From contig JBJERF010000056.1 of NCBI GenBank assembly GCA_051882115.1, forward strand, positions 5,093 to 69,092: DNA of 64,000 nucleotides, in the 5' to 3' direction. Shown piece after piece: positions 9,982 through 19,047 of the stretch. The notes below the pieces were generated by a model that saw nothing but the letters and a program-made list of their open reading frames with translations, was not told where the DNA came from and made no database searches. Position 1 is the first letter of the stretch; the number at the start of each line of letters is the position of its first letter. The position numbers and the translations under genes were made by a program. Origin of the DNA: Ruminococcus sp. (GTDB lineage Bacteria; Bacillota; Clostridia; Oscillospirales; Ruminococcaceae).

Positions 9982-10016
9982 AAAGGACTGAATCCCTGCC
10001 GGGAATCAGTCCTTTT
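9982..10016. terminator. Terminator between convergent genes
   Basis: AAAGGACTGA-loop-TCAGTCCTTTT. Confidence 0.75.
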
Positions 10017-10038
10017 TCGTATCTGATTATGAGCGTTT

Positions 10039-10893
10039 TTATGCTCTTGAACGTCCGGTCATTTGACCGAGTATCCAGAACAGGAGAAATGCGGCAATAT
10101 CAGCCGCCACAATGGTAGAGCCTACTGGCGTAGAGAATAGAATAGAAATCAGAATGCCTGCCACTGCGCATACAACGGATAGAATTGCAGAGCTGAGAAT
10201 GACGGCACGAAAGCTCCGGAACATCCGCATCGCTGACAAAGCCGGACAGATAATTAACGCTGAAATCAGAAGGGAGCCTACCAGATTCATGGCAAGTACA
10301 ATAATCATGGCTGTAATCACTGCAATCATCAGGTTATAAAGGGATGCCCGTACACCCGTTGCCGATGCGAATGTTTCATCAAATGTCACGGAAAAAATTT
10401 TGTGATAAAACAGCAAGAATACGCCAATCACAAGAACGGATAGAATCACACACAGCCACACATCCGCCGCTGATAATGTCAGTATGGATGTGGAGCCGAA
10501 CAGTGTGCTGCAAACATCCCCTGATACATTGGATGAGGTGGAAAACAAATTCATCAGCAGATAGCCCAATGCCAGTGAACCTACAGAAATCAGCGCAACA
10601 GCAGCATCTCCCTTGATTTTCGTATTCTGTCCTGTCATCAGAAGCAGAATGGCACTGACTACCGTCACCGGCAGAACAATCAGCATTTCATTGGTCAGGT
10701 TCAAGACACTGGCAATAGCAATTGCACCGAATGCCACATGAGAGAGACCGTCTCCAATAAAGGAAAAACGTTTCAGTACCAACGTTACCCCCAGCAAAGA
10801 GGAGCAGAGTGCAATCAGGACACCCACCAGAAGAGCATATCGTACAAAAGGATAGGAAAAATAAAAGCTTAAAGTTTCCAGAAGATTACTCAT
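10039..10893 (-). CDS. Zn/Mn ABC transporter permease (ZnuB-like)
   Basis: GDGLSHVAFG, LFGS, TFDETFA motifs. Confidence 0.9.
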   Translation of the reverse strand: MSNLLETLSFYFSYPFVRYALLVGVLIALCSSLLGVTLVLKRFSFIGDGLSHVAFGAIAIASVLNLTNEMLIVLPVTVVSAILLLMTGQNTKIKGDAAVALISVGSLALGYLLMNLFSTSSNVSGDVCSTLFGSTSILTLSAADVWLCVILSVLVIGVFLLFYHKIFSVTFDETFASATGVRASLYNLMIAVITAMIIVLAMNLVGSLLISALIICPALSAMRMFRSFRAVILSSAILSVVCAVAGILISILFSTPVGSTIVAADIAAFLLFWILGQMTGRSRA

Positions 10894-11608
10894 GGATGCC
10901 GCCTCCCGATGCAGATGTAAATGCTTTGCCGATATCGCTTTTCAGATATTCTTCTTTTGTTCCGAAAAAGAGTGGTTCCTGTCCCAGATGCAGAATATGG
11001 GTTGCATATTGCAGAGCTGCATGGATGTCGTGGGAAACCATAATCACAGTGATTCCATCCATACGGTTGATTTGAGCGACCAGTTCATACATTTCCAATG
11101 CAGCTTTCGGGTCAAGACCCGTAACGGGTTCATCCAACAGAAGCATTTTCTGAGTTGCGCAAAGTGCACGTGCCAGAAGCACACGCTGCTGCTGACCGCC
11201 GGACAGAAAGCGATAGCATGACCGTTTCAGGGACGTAATCCCCAATTTTTCCATATTTTTTTCTGCCAGCTGCTTTTCTTTTCGGCTGTAAAAGGGACGC
11301 AGACCGCACTGGTTCAGGCATCCGGACAAGACAATTTCCTGAACAGAAGCCGGAAAATCCTTCTGTACGATGGTTTGCTGCGGCAGATAGCCGATTTCTT
11401 TTTGGGTGAGTCCATCGCCCAGCGTAATTTTACCGCTGATAGGTGCTTTCAGATGAAGCAAAGCCTTAATCAGCGTACTTTTTCCGCTTCCGTTTTCTCC
11501 GACAATACAAAGATAATCGCCGCTGCTGACAGAAAAGTTCAGATTTTTTGTAACGACAGTACCTTCGTAGCCGAGACTTACATTTTCACAAGTTAGTTGC
11601 ATACACAT
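10886..11608 (-). CDS. Zn/Mn ABC transporter ATPase (ZnuC-like)
   Basis: GENGSGKST, LSGGQQQR, LLLDEP, SHD. Confidence 0.9.
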   Translation of the reverse strand: MCMQLTCENVSLGYEGTVVTKNLNFSVSSGDYLCIVGENGSGKSTLIKALLHLKAPISGKITLGDGLTQKEIGYLPQQTIVQKDFPASVQEIVLSGCLNQCGLRPFYSRKEKQLAEKNMEKLGITSLKRSCYRFLSGGQQQRVLLARALCATQKMLLLDEPVTGLDPKAALEMYELVAQINRMDGITVIMVSHDIHAALQYATHILHLGQEPLFFGTKEEYLKSDIGKAFTSASGGGIHE

Positions 11609-11609
11609 A

Positions 11610-12581
11610 TCAGTTTAATGCCTCGCTGATTTTTGCGAGATTTTCCTCCATGATGGATAAATAGGTTACACCGTTATCGATATCTGTGCGGCTGACAGAC
11701 TGCATCGAATTCAGCTGTAAAATCTTCTGATTCTTTTCAGATGTATTGGAAATGATTGCCTCTGCAATGCTGCTGTCAGAGCCGTCAATGGTACAAACAG
11801 CAGGGAGCTTGCGTTCATCCACCTGATTGGCGAGAAAGACAATGGTTTCAAAGCTTGCTTCAGATTCTGCTGAGCATCCGGGGAAAGCGGCATAGTAAGT
11901 AAGACCATAATCATCCATCAGATAGCGGAATGGGAAACGGTCGCCAAACAGCAGCGTTTTTCGCTTTGCCTGCTGAACGGTTGTCTGGAAATCAGCGTCT
12001 GCATTTTGGAGCAGAGAAAGATAGCATTCTGCGTTTTCCCGATAACCGTCTGCATGTTCTTCATCGGCAGTGCACAAAGCATCTGAGATGGCGTGACAGA
12101 AGATTATGGCATTTTTCAAGGACAGCCAGACATGTTCATCATATTCAGCCGTCTCCTCATGGTGGTCATGTTCCTCCATGCCTTCTATATGTTCTTCTTC
12201 TTTCAGGGAACCGCCCATGATACTGGTCAGATTGATTCGAATCATGTCGGGATTGGCAGCATGGGTCAGAGCATCTTCAATCCAGCTGTCGGATTCTCCG
12301 CCTACATAAATCAGTATATCACAGGTAGAAATATTGACCATATCATCTGTTCCGGGCTGATAGCTGTGCAGGTCGGCACCGTTGTCCGCAAGCAGTGTCA
12401 GTTCCACATTTTCCGTATAGCCGATGATTTGTCTTGCCCAGTCGTACTGAGGAAAAAGTGTGCAGACGATGCGCAGGGAATCCGAGTCTTTGGCAGGTGC
12501 AGAAGAATCAGCGCAGCCTACTGTAAAAGATGCGGTCAGAGACAGACACAGCAGGATGGAAGCAATTTTTCGGTTCAGCAT
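11610..12581 (-). CDS. Zn ABC transporter substrate-binding lipoprotein (ZnuA/AdcA-like)
   Basis: Lipobox TVGC, DLHSYQP, His/Glu-rich loop EEHDHHEE, DEHVWLS; start behind GGAGG. Confidence 0.9.
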   Translation of the reverse strand: MLNRKIASILLCLSLTASFTVGCADSSAPAKDSDSLRIVCTLFPQYDWARQIIGYTENVELTLLADNGADLHSYQPGTDDMVNISTCDILIYVGGESDSWIEDALTHAANPDMIRINLTSIMGGSLKEEEHIEGMEEHDHHEETAEYDEHVWLSLKNAIIFCHAISDALCTADEEHADGYRENAECYLSLLQNADADFQTTVQQAKRKTLLFGDRFPFRYLMDDYGLTYYAAFPGCSAESEASFETIVFLANQVDERKLPAVCTIDGSDSSIAEAIISNTSEKNQKILQLNSMQSVSRTDIDNGVTYLSIMEENLAKISEALN

Positions 12582-12600
12582 AAAGTACCTCCCTTGAATT

Positions 12601-12615
12601 TGAAAATCATTCTCA
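12601..12615. promoter_or_regulatory. Fur-family (Zur/Fur) operator
   Basis: 7-1-7 inverted repeat TGAAAAT-C-ATTCTCA just downstream of the -10 box. Confidence 0.7.
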
Positions 12616-12624
12616 TATTTATCT

Positions 12625-12653
12625 ATTATACACTGTAAACCGCAGCTTGTCAA
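12625..12653 (-). promoter_or_regulatory. Consensus sigma-A promoter of the metal ABC operon
   Basis: TTGACA-17-TATAAT on minus strand. Confidence 0.85.
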
Positions 12654-12763
12654 CCCTCAGTGTCCAATGTTTGTCGCGGAAAACGGAAAAGCATCAACCC
12701 CCTCCCACAAGGGAGGGGGATTAAGAGAGCAAGAAGCCCCCTTGCCGCCATACGCAGACGGAA

Positions 12764-13972
12764 TCATTCGTCAGCGATTGTAATGGAACTGCCGCTATAT
12801 GCTCTGTACATATAATCATTGTTTTCCGGGTTTCTTATATTGTTATACACAGTACATGAGGTTCCGCTCCAGGATCTTACAACATATTCGGTTTCACCAG
12901 AAAAGTAAATGGTATTGCCGTAAATCCAATTTTCAATTCCCCAGCCTTCTACTTGACAGTGCAGCTGAAATCCATCCACAATATTAGTATTTTCCTGAGC
13001 GTAGCATACATTGTTTCGGACGATGGTTTCGTTGCCCTTAATATCAATAAAGCTGTCTGTTGCGGTCATGCCTTCTCCGTACATAGTGCAGTCTTCAATG
13101 ATATTTCCTGTTGTATACTCTTTGATATCAACAGATTCCGCTACTGTATTCGGTCCCAGTGTGCAATTCTTCACAAGGTTATGATCACAGTCATAGGCAT
13201 AACCGCTGGTTGATTTTGCGCTTCCGATATAAATTGCTTCTCCGTATTCTGATATCAAACCGTTGTCATGAACATTGGTGCCGATGATTTGGCAATAGGA
13301 GCTTCCGTCTCTGAGATGAATACCTTCCTGACCCGTATCGTACACCTCAACAGACTCTATCACAGAATAATTGGAATGATCAAGTACAATTCCTTTCTGG
13401 GCATTGCAGCAGATCATGTCTTGTATATTCCAGTAATCTCCTGTGATATATAAGACAATTCCTTTTGATAAGTCAGTACCTTTTAAAATGGCAGGATTTT
13501 CTGGATCGGCACTTTTTATTGTAATTGGTGCAGATTCCGTTCCTTCAGAAGGAGAATAGAAAATCGAGCTTTTTGTACCGTAATCACTACTTTCGTAGAT
13601 GCCTGATTGCAGCACAATTGTATCGCCTGGGGCAGCATTCAAAAGTGCATTTTTCAGTTCTTCATCATTTGAAACAGAAATACAATTTTTCTGGGACTGA
13701 CCCACAAATTGTCTTTTCATGAAGCACAGATCAAACACATTCCATACGCCATCCTGATTGAAATCATAATTCACATCGACAGGCAGTTCCACATTTCTTG
13801 CAAGCAAAAAATCCTGTAGATTTCTGATATCCTGTATTGAATAGGAAGCTGTATTCTCAAAATTATCCGCTGTGACTCCACTTACCTTCCATAGGGAAGC
13901 GGACGGATGAAATGCAATTGCAGTACTCAGAAGCACAGAAGCAGCCGCAGCAATAGATAGATTTCGTTTCAT
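12764..13972 (-). CDS. Secreted right-handed beta-helix polysaccharide lyase (PL31-like) with degenerate N-terminal dockerin
   Basis: Signal peptide; DFNQDGVWNVFDL loop; AAPGDTIVL, GQEGIHLRDGSS, YGEAIYIGS, AESVDIKE motifs. Confidence 0.65.
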   Translation of the reverse strand: MKRNLSIAAAASVLLSTAIAFHPSASLWKVSGVTADNFENTASYSIQDIRNLQDFLLARNVELPVDVNYDFNQDGVWNVFDLCFMKRQFVGQSQKNCISVSNDEELKNALLNAAPGDTIVLQSGIYESSDYGTKSSIFYSPSEGTESAPITIKSADPENPAILKGTDLSKGIVLYITGDYWNIQDMICCNAQKGIVLDHSNYSVIESVEVYDTGQEGIHLRDGSSYCQIIGTNVHDNGLISEYGEAIYIGSAKSTSGYAYDCDHNLVKNCTLGPNTVAESVDIKEYTTGNIIEDCTMYGEGMTATDSFIDIKGNETIVRNNVCYAQENTNIVDGFQLHCQVEGWGIENWIYGNTIYFSGETEYVVRSWSGTSCTVYNNIRNPENNDYMYRAYSGSSITIADE

Positions 13973-14078
13973 GGGTATCCTTCCCCCCTTAAATTTGAGC
14001 CTCATTGAAAACTACCGTCCATTCCATTTGGTGGGATGGTACGGATTGAACAAAACAGAAGCTGGATTGTATATGTTT

Positions 14079-14107
14079 ATTATAATATTTCACGCCCTGG
14101 ATGTCAA
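14079..14107 (-). promoter_or_regulatory. Consensus sigma-A promoter of the lyase gene
   Basis: TTGACA-17-TATAAT on minus strand. Confidence 0.8.
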
Positions 14108-14196
14108 TCGGGATTCCTGTTTTTTACAGGAATCCATTTATAAAGTATAGTCTGTTTGTAGAAGCAATTCATGCCTGTCCTTTCAGTATCCGCTTC

Positions 14197-15738
14197 TTAC
14201 AAAAGCGGTGAAAACAATCTGAGAATCTGATTCCACAAGCGCAGCAGTCCGGATGGTGCTTTTTTGTATTTTTCCGTAACTTCACAGCAGCGGGGCATTG
14301 TTTGCAGAAAATCCTCCTTCACATCCTGTACAGCATCGCACTGTGCAAAGAACACAGCATTTTCAAAATGGAAGTATAAGCTGCGGTAATCCAGATTGAT
14401 CGTACCGACTACTGCGGTGCGGTCGTCACATACGCATTGTTTTGCATGTAAAAAGCCGGGGGTGAATTCATAAACCCTTACACCGCTTTCCACCAGTTGA
14501 TGATAGTAGGAGCGAGTGAGCTGATATACAATTTTCTTATCCGGAATACCAGGTGTAAGAATTCGTACATCCACGCCTCTGCGTGCGGCAAGCGTTAATT
14601 CCCGACTCATTTCATCGTCAATAATCAGATAGGGTGTCATGAACCAGATATACCGTTCTGCGCTCTTGATCATATTCATATATACATTTTCGCCGAGATA
14701 GATATCATCCAAAGGAGAATCTCCATAGGGCTGAACATAGCCTGCACCGGAACAGGAAGAGCATATGGGTGGAAAATACGGTGTAAAATCTGAATCTGTC
14801 TCCTGAATGGTATTCCACATTTCCAGAAACTGTACGGTCAGATTCTGTACAGCATCACCGGTCAGGCGCAGTCCGGTATCCTTCCATTCTCCATAGGGAT
14901 GGGTTATATTGAAATATTCATCGGCAAGATTGTATCCGCCGGTAAAACCGACTTGGCCGTCAATGACCGTGATCTTCCTATGATCCCGATTGTTCATGAA
15001 TACATTGATCACTGGAAGCAGAGGATTAAAAACACGGCACTGAATACCGTCTTTTTTCATACGCCGTATAAATTCCGGGCTGATGAAGCCCACACTTCCG
15101 ATATCATCATAAATGATGCGAACTTCAACACCATGAGCGGCACGTTCAGACAGAACATGCCGGATGCGTCCGAATGCAGCTGCATCCTCAATGGCATGGT
15201 ATTCCATAAAAATGAATGATTCAGCCTTTGACAGCGCATCAATCAGTGCATCCAGTGCGTGACAGGTGTTTCCATAAAAGCGCACTTCTGTATGGTTGTA
15301 AGGAGGATATTGGCTGTCATTCCATATGTAGCGCATTTGATTGGTAAGGCTGGAGCCCTGCTGTTCTGCCTCCTGTAGAATTGTTTCTGAGTGGCTGAGG
15401 CGGCTGCGCAGCAGAGAACCGATGCGTTCAAATTGCTTCTGTTTCCGTTTGGTCACACTGGAACGTCCCGTCAGCAGATATAAGATCAGACCAACCAGCG
15501 GTGAAATCAGAATCAGAATGACCCAAGGCAGCTTGAAAGCCGCATTGTTATGTTTATTGATGACCTCCAGTACGATTAAAATTGCAATGATATTTGTAAT
15601 TGTAGAAATCCAGATGCTGGATTGGTTGAATTTCAGAAACAGCAGCAGCACCCATCCGATTTCAATGAGAATTGCAATGATGACAAAGATCAGACGGCTG
15701 ATGCTGTTTTTTACAGAATCATCATATTTTTTGCCCAT
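14197..15738 (-). CDS. cls: Cardiolipin synthase
   Basis: Two HKD motifs (HRKITVID, HAKQCVCD), N-terminal TM helices; start behind GGAGG. Confidence 0.92.
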   Translation of the reverse strand: MGKKYDDSVKNSISRLIFVIIAILIEIGWVLLLFLKFNQSSIWISTITNIIAILIVLEVINKHNNAAFKLPWVILILISPLVGLILYLLTGRSSVTKRKQKQFERIGSLLRSRLSHSETILQEAEQQGSSLTNQMRYIWNDSQYPPYNHTEVRFYGNTCHALDALIDALSKAESFIFMEYHAIEDAAAFGRIRHVLSERAAHGVEVRIIYDDIGSVGFISPEFIRRMKKDGIQCRVFNPLLPVINVFMNNRDHRKITVIDGQVGFTGGYNLADEYFNITHPYGEWKDTGLRLTGDAVQNLTVQFLEMWNTIQETDSDFTPYFPPICSSCSGAGYVQPYGDSPLDDIYLGENVYMNMIKSAERYIWFMTPYLIIDDEMSRELTLAARRGVDVRILTPGIPDKKIVYQLTRSYYHQLVESGVRVYEFTPGFLHAKQCVCDDRTAVVGTINLDYRSLYFHFENAVFFAQCDAVQDVKEDFLQTMPRCCEVTEKYKKAPSGLLRLWNQILRLFSPLL

Positions 15739-15953
15739 GTCAAAGCCTCCCGTGCATAGAAAAGATGATTGAATTATTATAGCATATTTTTCCGTTTTTT
15801 TCAACCGTTTTTTTATTTTTAAAGGATTGGAAATATAATTGCAAAATTTGACGCAATGTGTGCAGAAAAAACGACAGGTTATGCAATTTTTCCCAAATCC
15901 GGCATGTATTATGCTATAATAAAAAGTCCAAAAAAGGAGAGGACGGGGATATT

Positions 15954-16304
15954 ATGAAACCGTGGATTTTGATTTTATTGCATCGAAAGAAGGTACAGGA
16001 GATCTATCATGATTTAACAGGCGCACTGGAAAAAGGACGAACAAAGGAGGAGATTGAAGAAAATCTCTATAAGATGTGCCGTTCCTATGTCCATCAGCGG
16101 AAAGACAATATCTGGTTCTGGCTGGGCGTTCTTGCCTTTCAGTCTGAATATGACTGCATCAGCGAAAGGGTATGCAAAAATGTGCTGTACTGGATCCGAC
16201 AGGAACTGCTGGATGTTTCCGGAAAAAGCTATGACGATCAGCAGATGCTGTATATACGTGCCATGTGTAAGATCAAACAGGAGCTGGAGCAGATGCAGTT
16301 TTAA
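15954..16304 (+). CDS. Small helical hypothetical protein
   Basis: Own TGnTATAAT promoter and RBS; FWLGVLAFQ helix recalls immunity-like helical proteins. Confidence 0.6.
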   Translation: MKPWILILLHRKKVQEIYHDLTGALEKGRTKEEIEENLYKMCRSYVHQRKDNIWFWLGVLAFQSEYDCISERVCKNVLYWIRQELLDVSGKSYDDQQMLYIRAMCKIKQELEQMQF

Positions 16305-16498
16305 ACAGGCTCTTAGAGGGAATCAAGCTGAAAAAGAATGAATCCTGCATAAGCTGCCATAGGTTGTCTGTGCACTTTCAGAAAAATGGTTTTTCGTGAT
16401 TTTTTTAAAAAAATGCTTGATTCCGGAATAAAAATGTAGTATAATAAATCTGTGTGCTGAAACTGCACAGTATGTCCTATTATGAAAGGAGTATAAAA

Positions 16499-17191
16499 AT
16501 GATTTATTCAAACGAAGTAAATGAAATGTGCTGCGTAAAACAAGGCGTAAACCATGGTGCCGCTCCGATTCCGGAGGAAGCAAAGTGGGTAAAGGCTAAG
16601 GAAATCAGCGATATTTCCGGCTTCACACATGGTGTGGGCTGGTGTGCACCGCAGCAGGGTACATGTAAGCTGTCTCTGAATGTAAAAGAAGGCGTGATTC
16701 AGGAGTGTCTGGTTGAGACCATCGGATGTTCCGGTATGACCCATTCCGCTGCAATGGCTTCCGAGATTCTGCCGGGCAGAACCATTCTGGAAGCACTGAA
16801 TACAGACTTGGTTTGTGATGCAATCAATACTGCAATGAGAGAACTGTTCCTGCAAATCGTATACGGTCGTTCTCAGAGTGCATTTTCTGAGGATGGTCTG
16901 GCAATTGGTGCAGGTCTGGAGGATCTGGGTAAGGGCAACCGTTCTCAGGTAGGTACTATGTATGGTACACTGGCAAAGGGACCTCGTTATCTGGAAATGA
17001 CAGATGGCTATGTAACGGCTCTGGCATTGAATGAGGATGATGAAATCATTGGTTATAAGTTTGTAAACTTTGGCAAGATGATGGACTTCATCAAGGCTGG
17101 CGACGATGCAAACACTGCATTTGAAAAGGCACAGGGACAGTATGGCCGTGTTGCTGATGCTGTGAAGTTTATTGACCCGAGAAAAGAATAA
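16499..17191 (+). CDS. IscU/NifU-N-like putative Fe-S scaffold-fold protein (GGGtGRT partner)
   Basis: WCAPQQGTC, ETIGCSGMTHSA, LVCDAI cysteines; AAAGGAG RBS. Confidence 0.8.
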   Translation: MIYSNEVNEMCCVKQGVNHGAAPIPEEAKWVKAKEISDISGFTHGVGWCAPQQGTCKLSLNVKEGVIQECLVETIGCSGMTHSAAMASEILPGRTILEALNTDLVCDAINTAMRELFLQIVYGRSQSAFSEDGLAIGAGLEDLGKGNRSQVGTMYGTLAKGPRYLEMTDGYVTALALNEDDEIIGYKFVNFGKMMDFIKAGDDANTAFEKAQGQYGRVADAVKFIDPRKE

Positions 17192-17214
17192 GGAAATCGA
17201 GGAGGTAGAATCTA

Positions 17215-18225
17215 ATGGCATTGTTTGAATCTTATGAGAGAAGAGAAAAGCAGATTCTGGCTGTTCTGAAGGAATACGGCATGAACTCTATTGAAGAGGC
17301 TGCTGAAGTTACAAAGGCAGCTGGTCTGGATGTATATTCCATGGTAGAAGGCATTCAGCCGATTTGCTTTGAGAATGCGAAGTGGGCTTACACAGTAGGT
17401 GCAGCTATTGCAATCAAGAAGGGCTGTCGCAGAGCTGCGGATGCTGCTGCTGCAATCGGCGAAGGTTTGCAGGCATTCTGTATTCCGGGTTCTGTAGCAG
17501 ATCAGCGTAAGGTTGGTCTGGGTCATGGCAATCTGGGCAAGATGCTGCTGGAAGAGGAGACAAAGTGCTTCGCATTTCTGGCAGGTCACGAATCCTTTGC
17601 AGCTGCAGAAGGAGCAATCGGTATTGCTGAAAAGGCAAACAAGGTTCGTAAGGAACCGCTGAGAGTTATCCTGAACGGTCTGGGCAAGGACGCTGCACAG
17701 ATTATTGCAAGAATCAACGGCTTTACATACGTTGAAACTGAAATGGATTACTACACAGGCGAGGTTAAGGAAGTATTCCGTAAGTCATATTCTGATGGTC
17801 TGCGTGCAAAGGTAAACTGCTACGGTGCAAATGATGTTACCGAGGGCGTTGCAATTATGTGGAAGGAAGGCGTAGATGTTTCCATTACTGGTAACTCCAC
17901 GAATCCGACACGTTTCCAGCATCCGGTAGCTGGTACATACAAGAAGGAATGTCTGGATAAGGGCAAGAAGTACTTCTCTGTCGCATCCGGCGGCGGTACA
18001 GGACGTACACTGCATCCGGATAACATGGCTGCTGGTCCGGCTTCCTATGGTATGACAGATACACTGGGTCGTATGCACTCTGATGCACAGTTTGCAGGTT
18101 CTTCTTCTGTTCCGGCTCACGTTGAAATGATGGGTCTGATCGGTATGGGTAACAACCCCATGGTTGGTGCGACTGTTGCTGTTGCCGTTTCTGTTGAAGA
18201 GGCAGCTAAGGCTGGCAAGTTCTAA
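17215..18225 (+). CDS. GGGtGRT family protein
   Basis: Signature SVASGGGTGRTLHPDN. Confidence 0.92.
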   Translation: MALFESYERREKQILAVLKEYGMNSIEEAAEVTKAAGLDVYSMVEGIQPICFENAKWAYTVGAAIAIKKGCRRAADAAAAIGEGLQAFCIPGSVADQRKVGLGHGNLGKMLLEEETKCFAFLAGHESFAAAEGAIGIAEKANKVRKEPLRVILNGLGKDAAQIIARINGFTYVETEMDYYTGEVKEVFRKSYSDGLRAKVNCYGANDVTEGVAIMWKEGVDVSITGNSTNPTRFQHPVAGTYKKECLDKGKKYFSVASGGGTGRTLHPDNMAAGPASYGMTDTLGRMHSDAQFAGSSSVPAHVEMMGLIGMGNNPMVGATVAVAVSVEEAAKAGKF

Positions 18226-18247
18226 GATTTTTTCTATAAATCAACGA

Positions 18248-18278
18248 AATCCCCGAAAGTCCGATGCTTTCGGGGATT
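18248..18278 (+). terminator. Terminator of the GGGtGRT operon
   Basis: AATCCCCGAAAG-loop-CTTTCGGGGATT. Confidence 0.75.
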
Positions 18279-18449
18279 ATTTGTTGCAGTAATTTCTTGC
18301 TGTGGCATTTTGTCGTTAAAATTATGGCTTAGGTAATTGATTTTTGTATCCTTTCGAGCATATACCACATGCCCAATATACGCCACAGTAATTTTCAAGT
18401 TCATTCTCAGGAAAGAAAAAATAAAATAATATAACTGAGTTGCAATTGA

Positions 18450-18466
18450 TTCGACAAAATACGACA
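18450..18466 (-). promoter_or_regulatory. Tandem Spo0A-box-like sites
   Basis: TTCGACA (perfect TGTCGAA on minus strand) and TACGACA 10 bp apart. Confidence 0.45.
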
Positions 18467-18567
18467 AAATGAAAAATAGGCCGGGTTTGCTGATTCAGCA
18501 CACTTATGATTTCAGGGACAATAAAACTGCTTTGACAGCGTTTTACAATGCAAAAGCACATCCGGCA

Positions 18568-18732
18568 CAATTTTTTTATGGGGTATCTCACTTTGCTTTG
18601 CTGTCTGGTATCCTCTATACACGCCAGCATCCCCATGAATCCTTCCATATGTGGTACGCTCCTCGTCTTTTTTCTTCTATTATACCACTTTCTTTATTTT
18701 GTTTACACTTTGTTATTCATGCGTATGGTCTG
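18568..18732 (-). mobile_element. ISAs1-family (H-repeat) IS left-end remnant
   Basis: Terminal CAGACCATACGCATGAA resembles ISAs1 IRs; ORF begins MEGFMGMLACIEDTRQQSKVRYPI (DxRQ..KV.Y/H motif), then similarity stops. Confidence 0.6.
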
Positions 18733-18846
18733 GGCTTTTCACATAAAAATGAACTATCAAAAAAAGTATAAATATATTCAGAAAAAACGTTATCGGATTT
18801 GGATTATCCATCCAAATGAATTCCCACAGAATTTTTTGTCAAATAA

Positions 18847-18875
18847 TTGACTTCCTGATTAAAATATGATATAAT
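18847..18875 (+). promoter_or_regulatory. Sigma-A promoter of the polysaccharide locus
   Basis: TTGACT-17-TATAAT with extended TG. Confidence 0.75.
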
Positions 18876-19047
18876 GAGTTAAAATCATACTTATAGTAGC
18901 TAAACTTGAAAAAACAGTATGAATCATTGAGAAGAATGCTCTTGCAGGCGGCTGGGTTCCGGATAAGCGATATTTGGGTCTGTGACGCATATTTTTTTCA
19001 GGTTTATTCGCTATGCAATCATATTTCTGAAGTGAGAGGATAAATAA

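Noticed and set aside
12698-12719. Strong hairpin CCCCCTCCC-ACAA-GGGAGGGGG upstream of the metal ABC promoter as a riboswitch
   Set aside because: It lies upstream of the promoter, so outside the leader; better explained as the lyase terminator or a repeat remnant
18248-18310. Resemblance to the post-tmRNA sequence (CCCCGAAA..TTTCGGGGATT..CTTGCTGT, about 61613-61672) as paired att sites
   Set aside because: Similarity is short and patchy, and the 43 kb between contains core genes; more likely similar terminators
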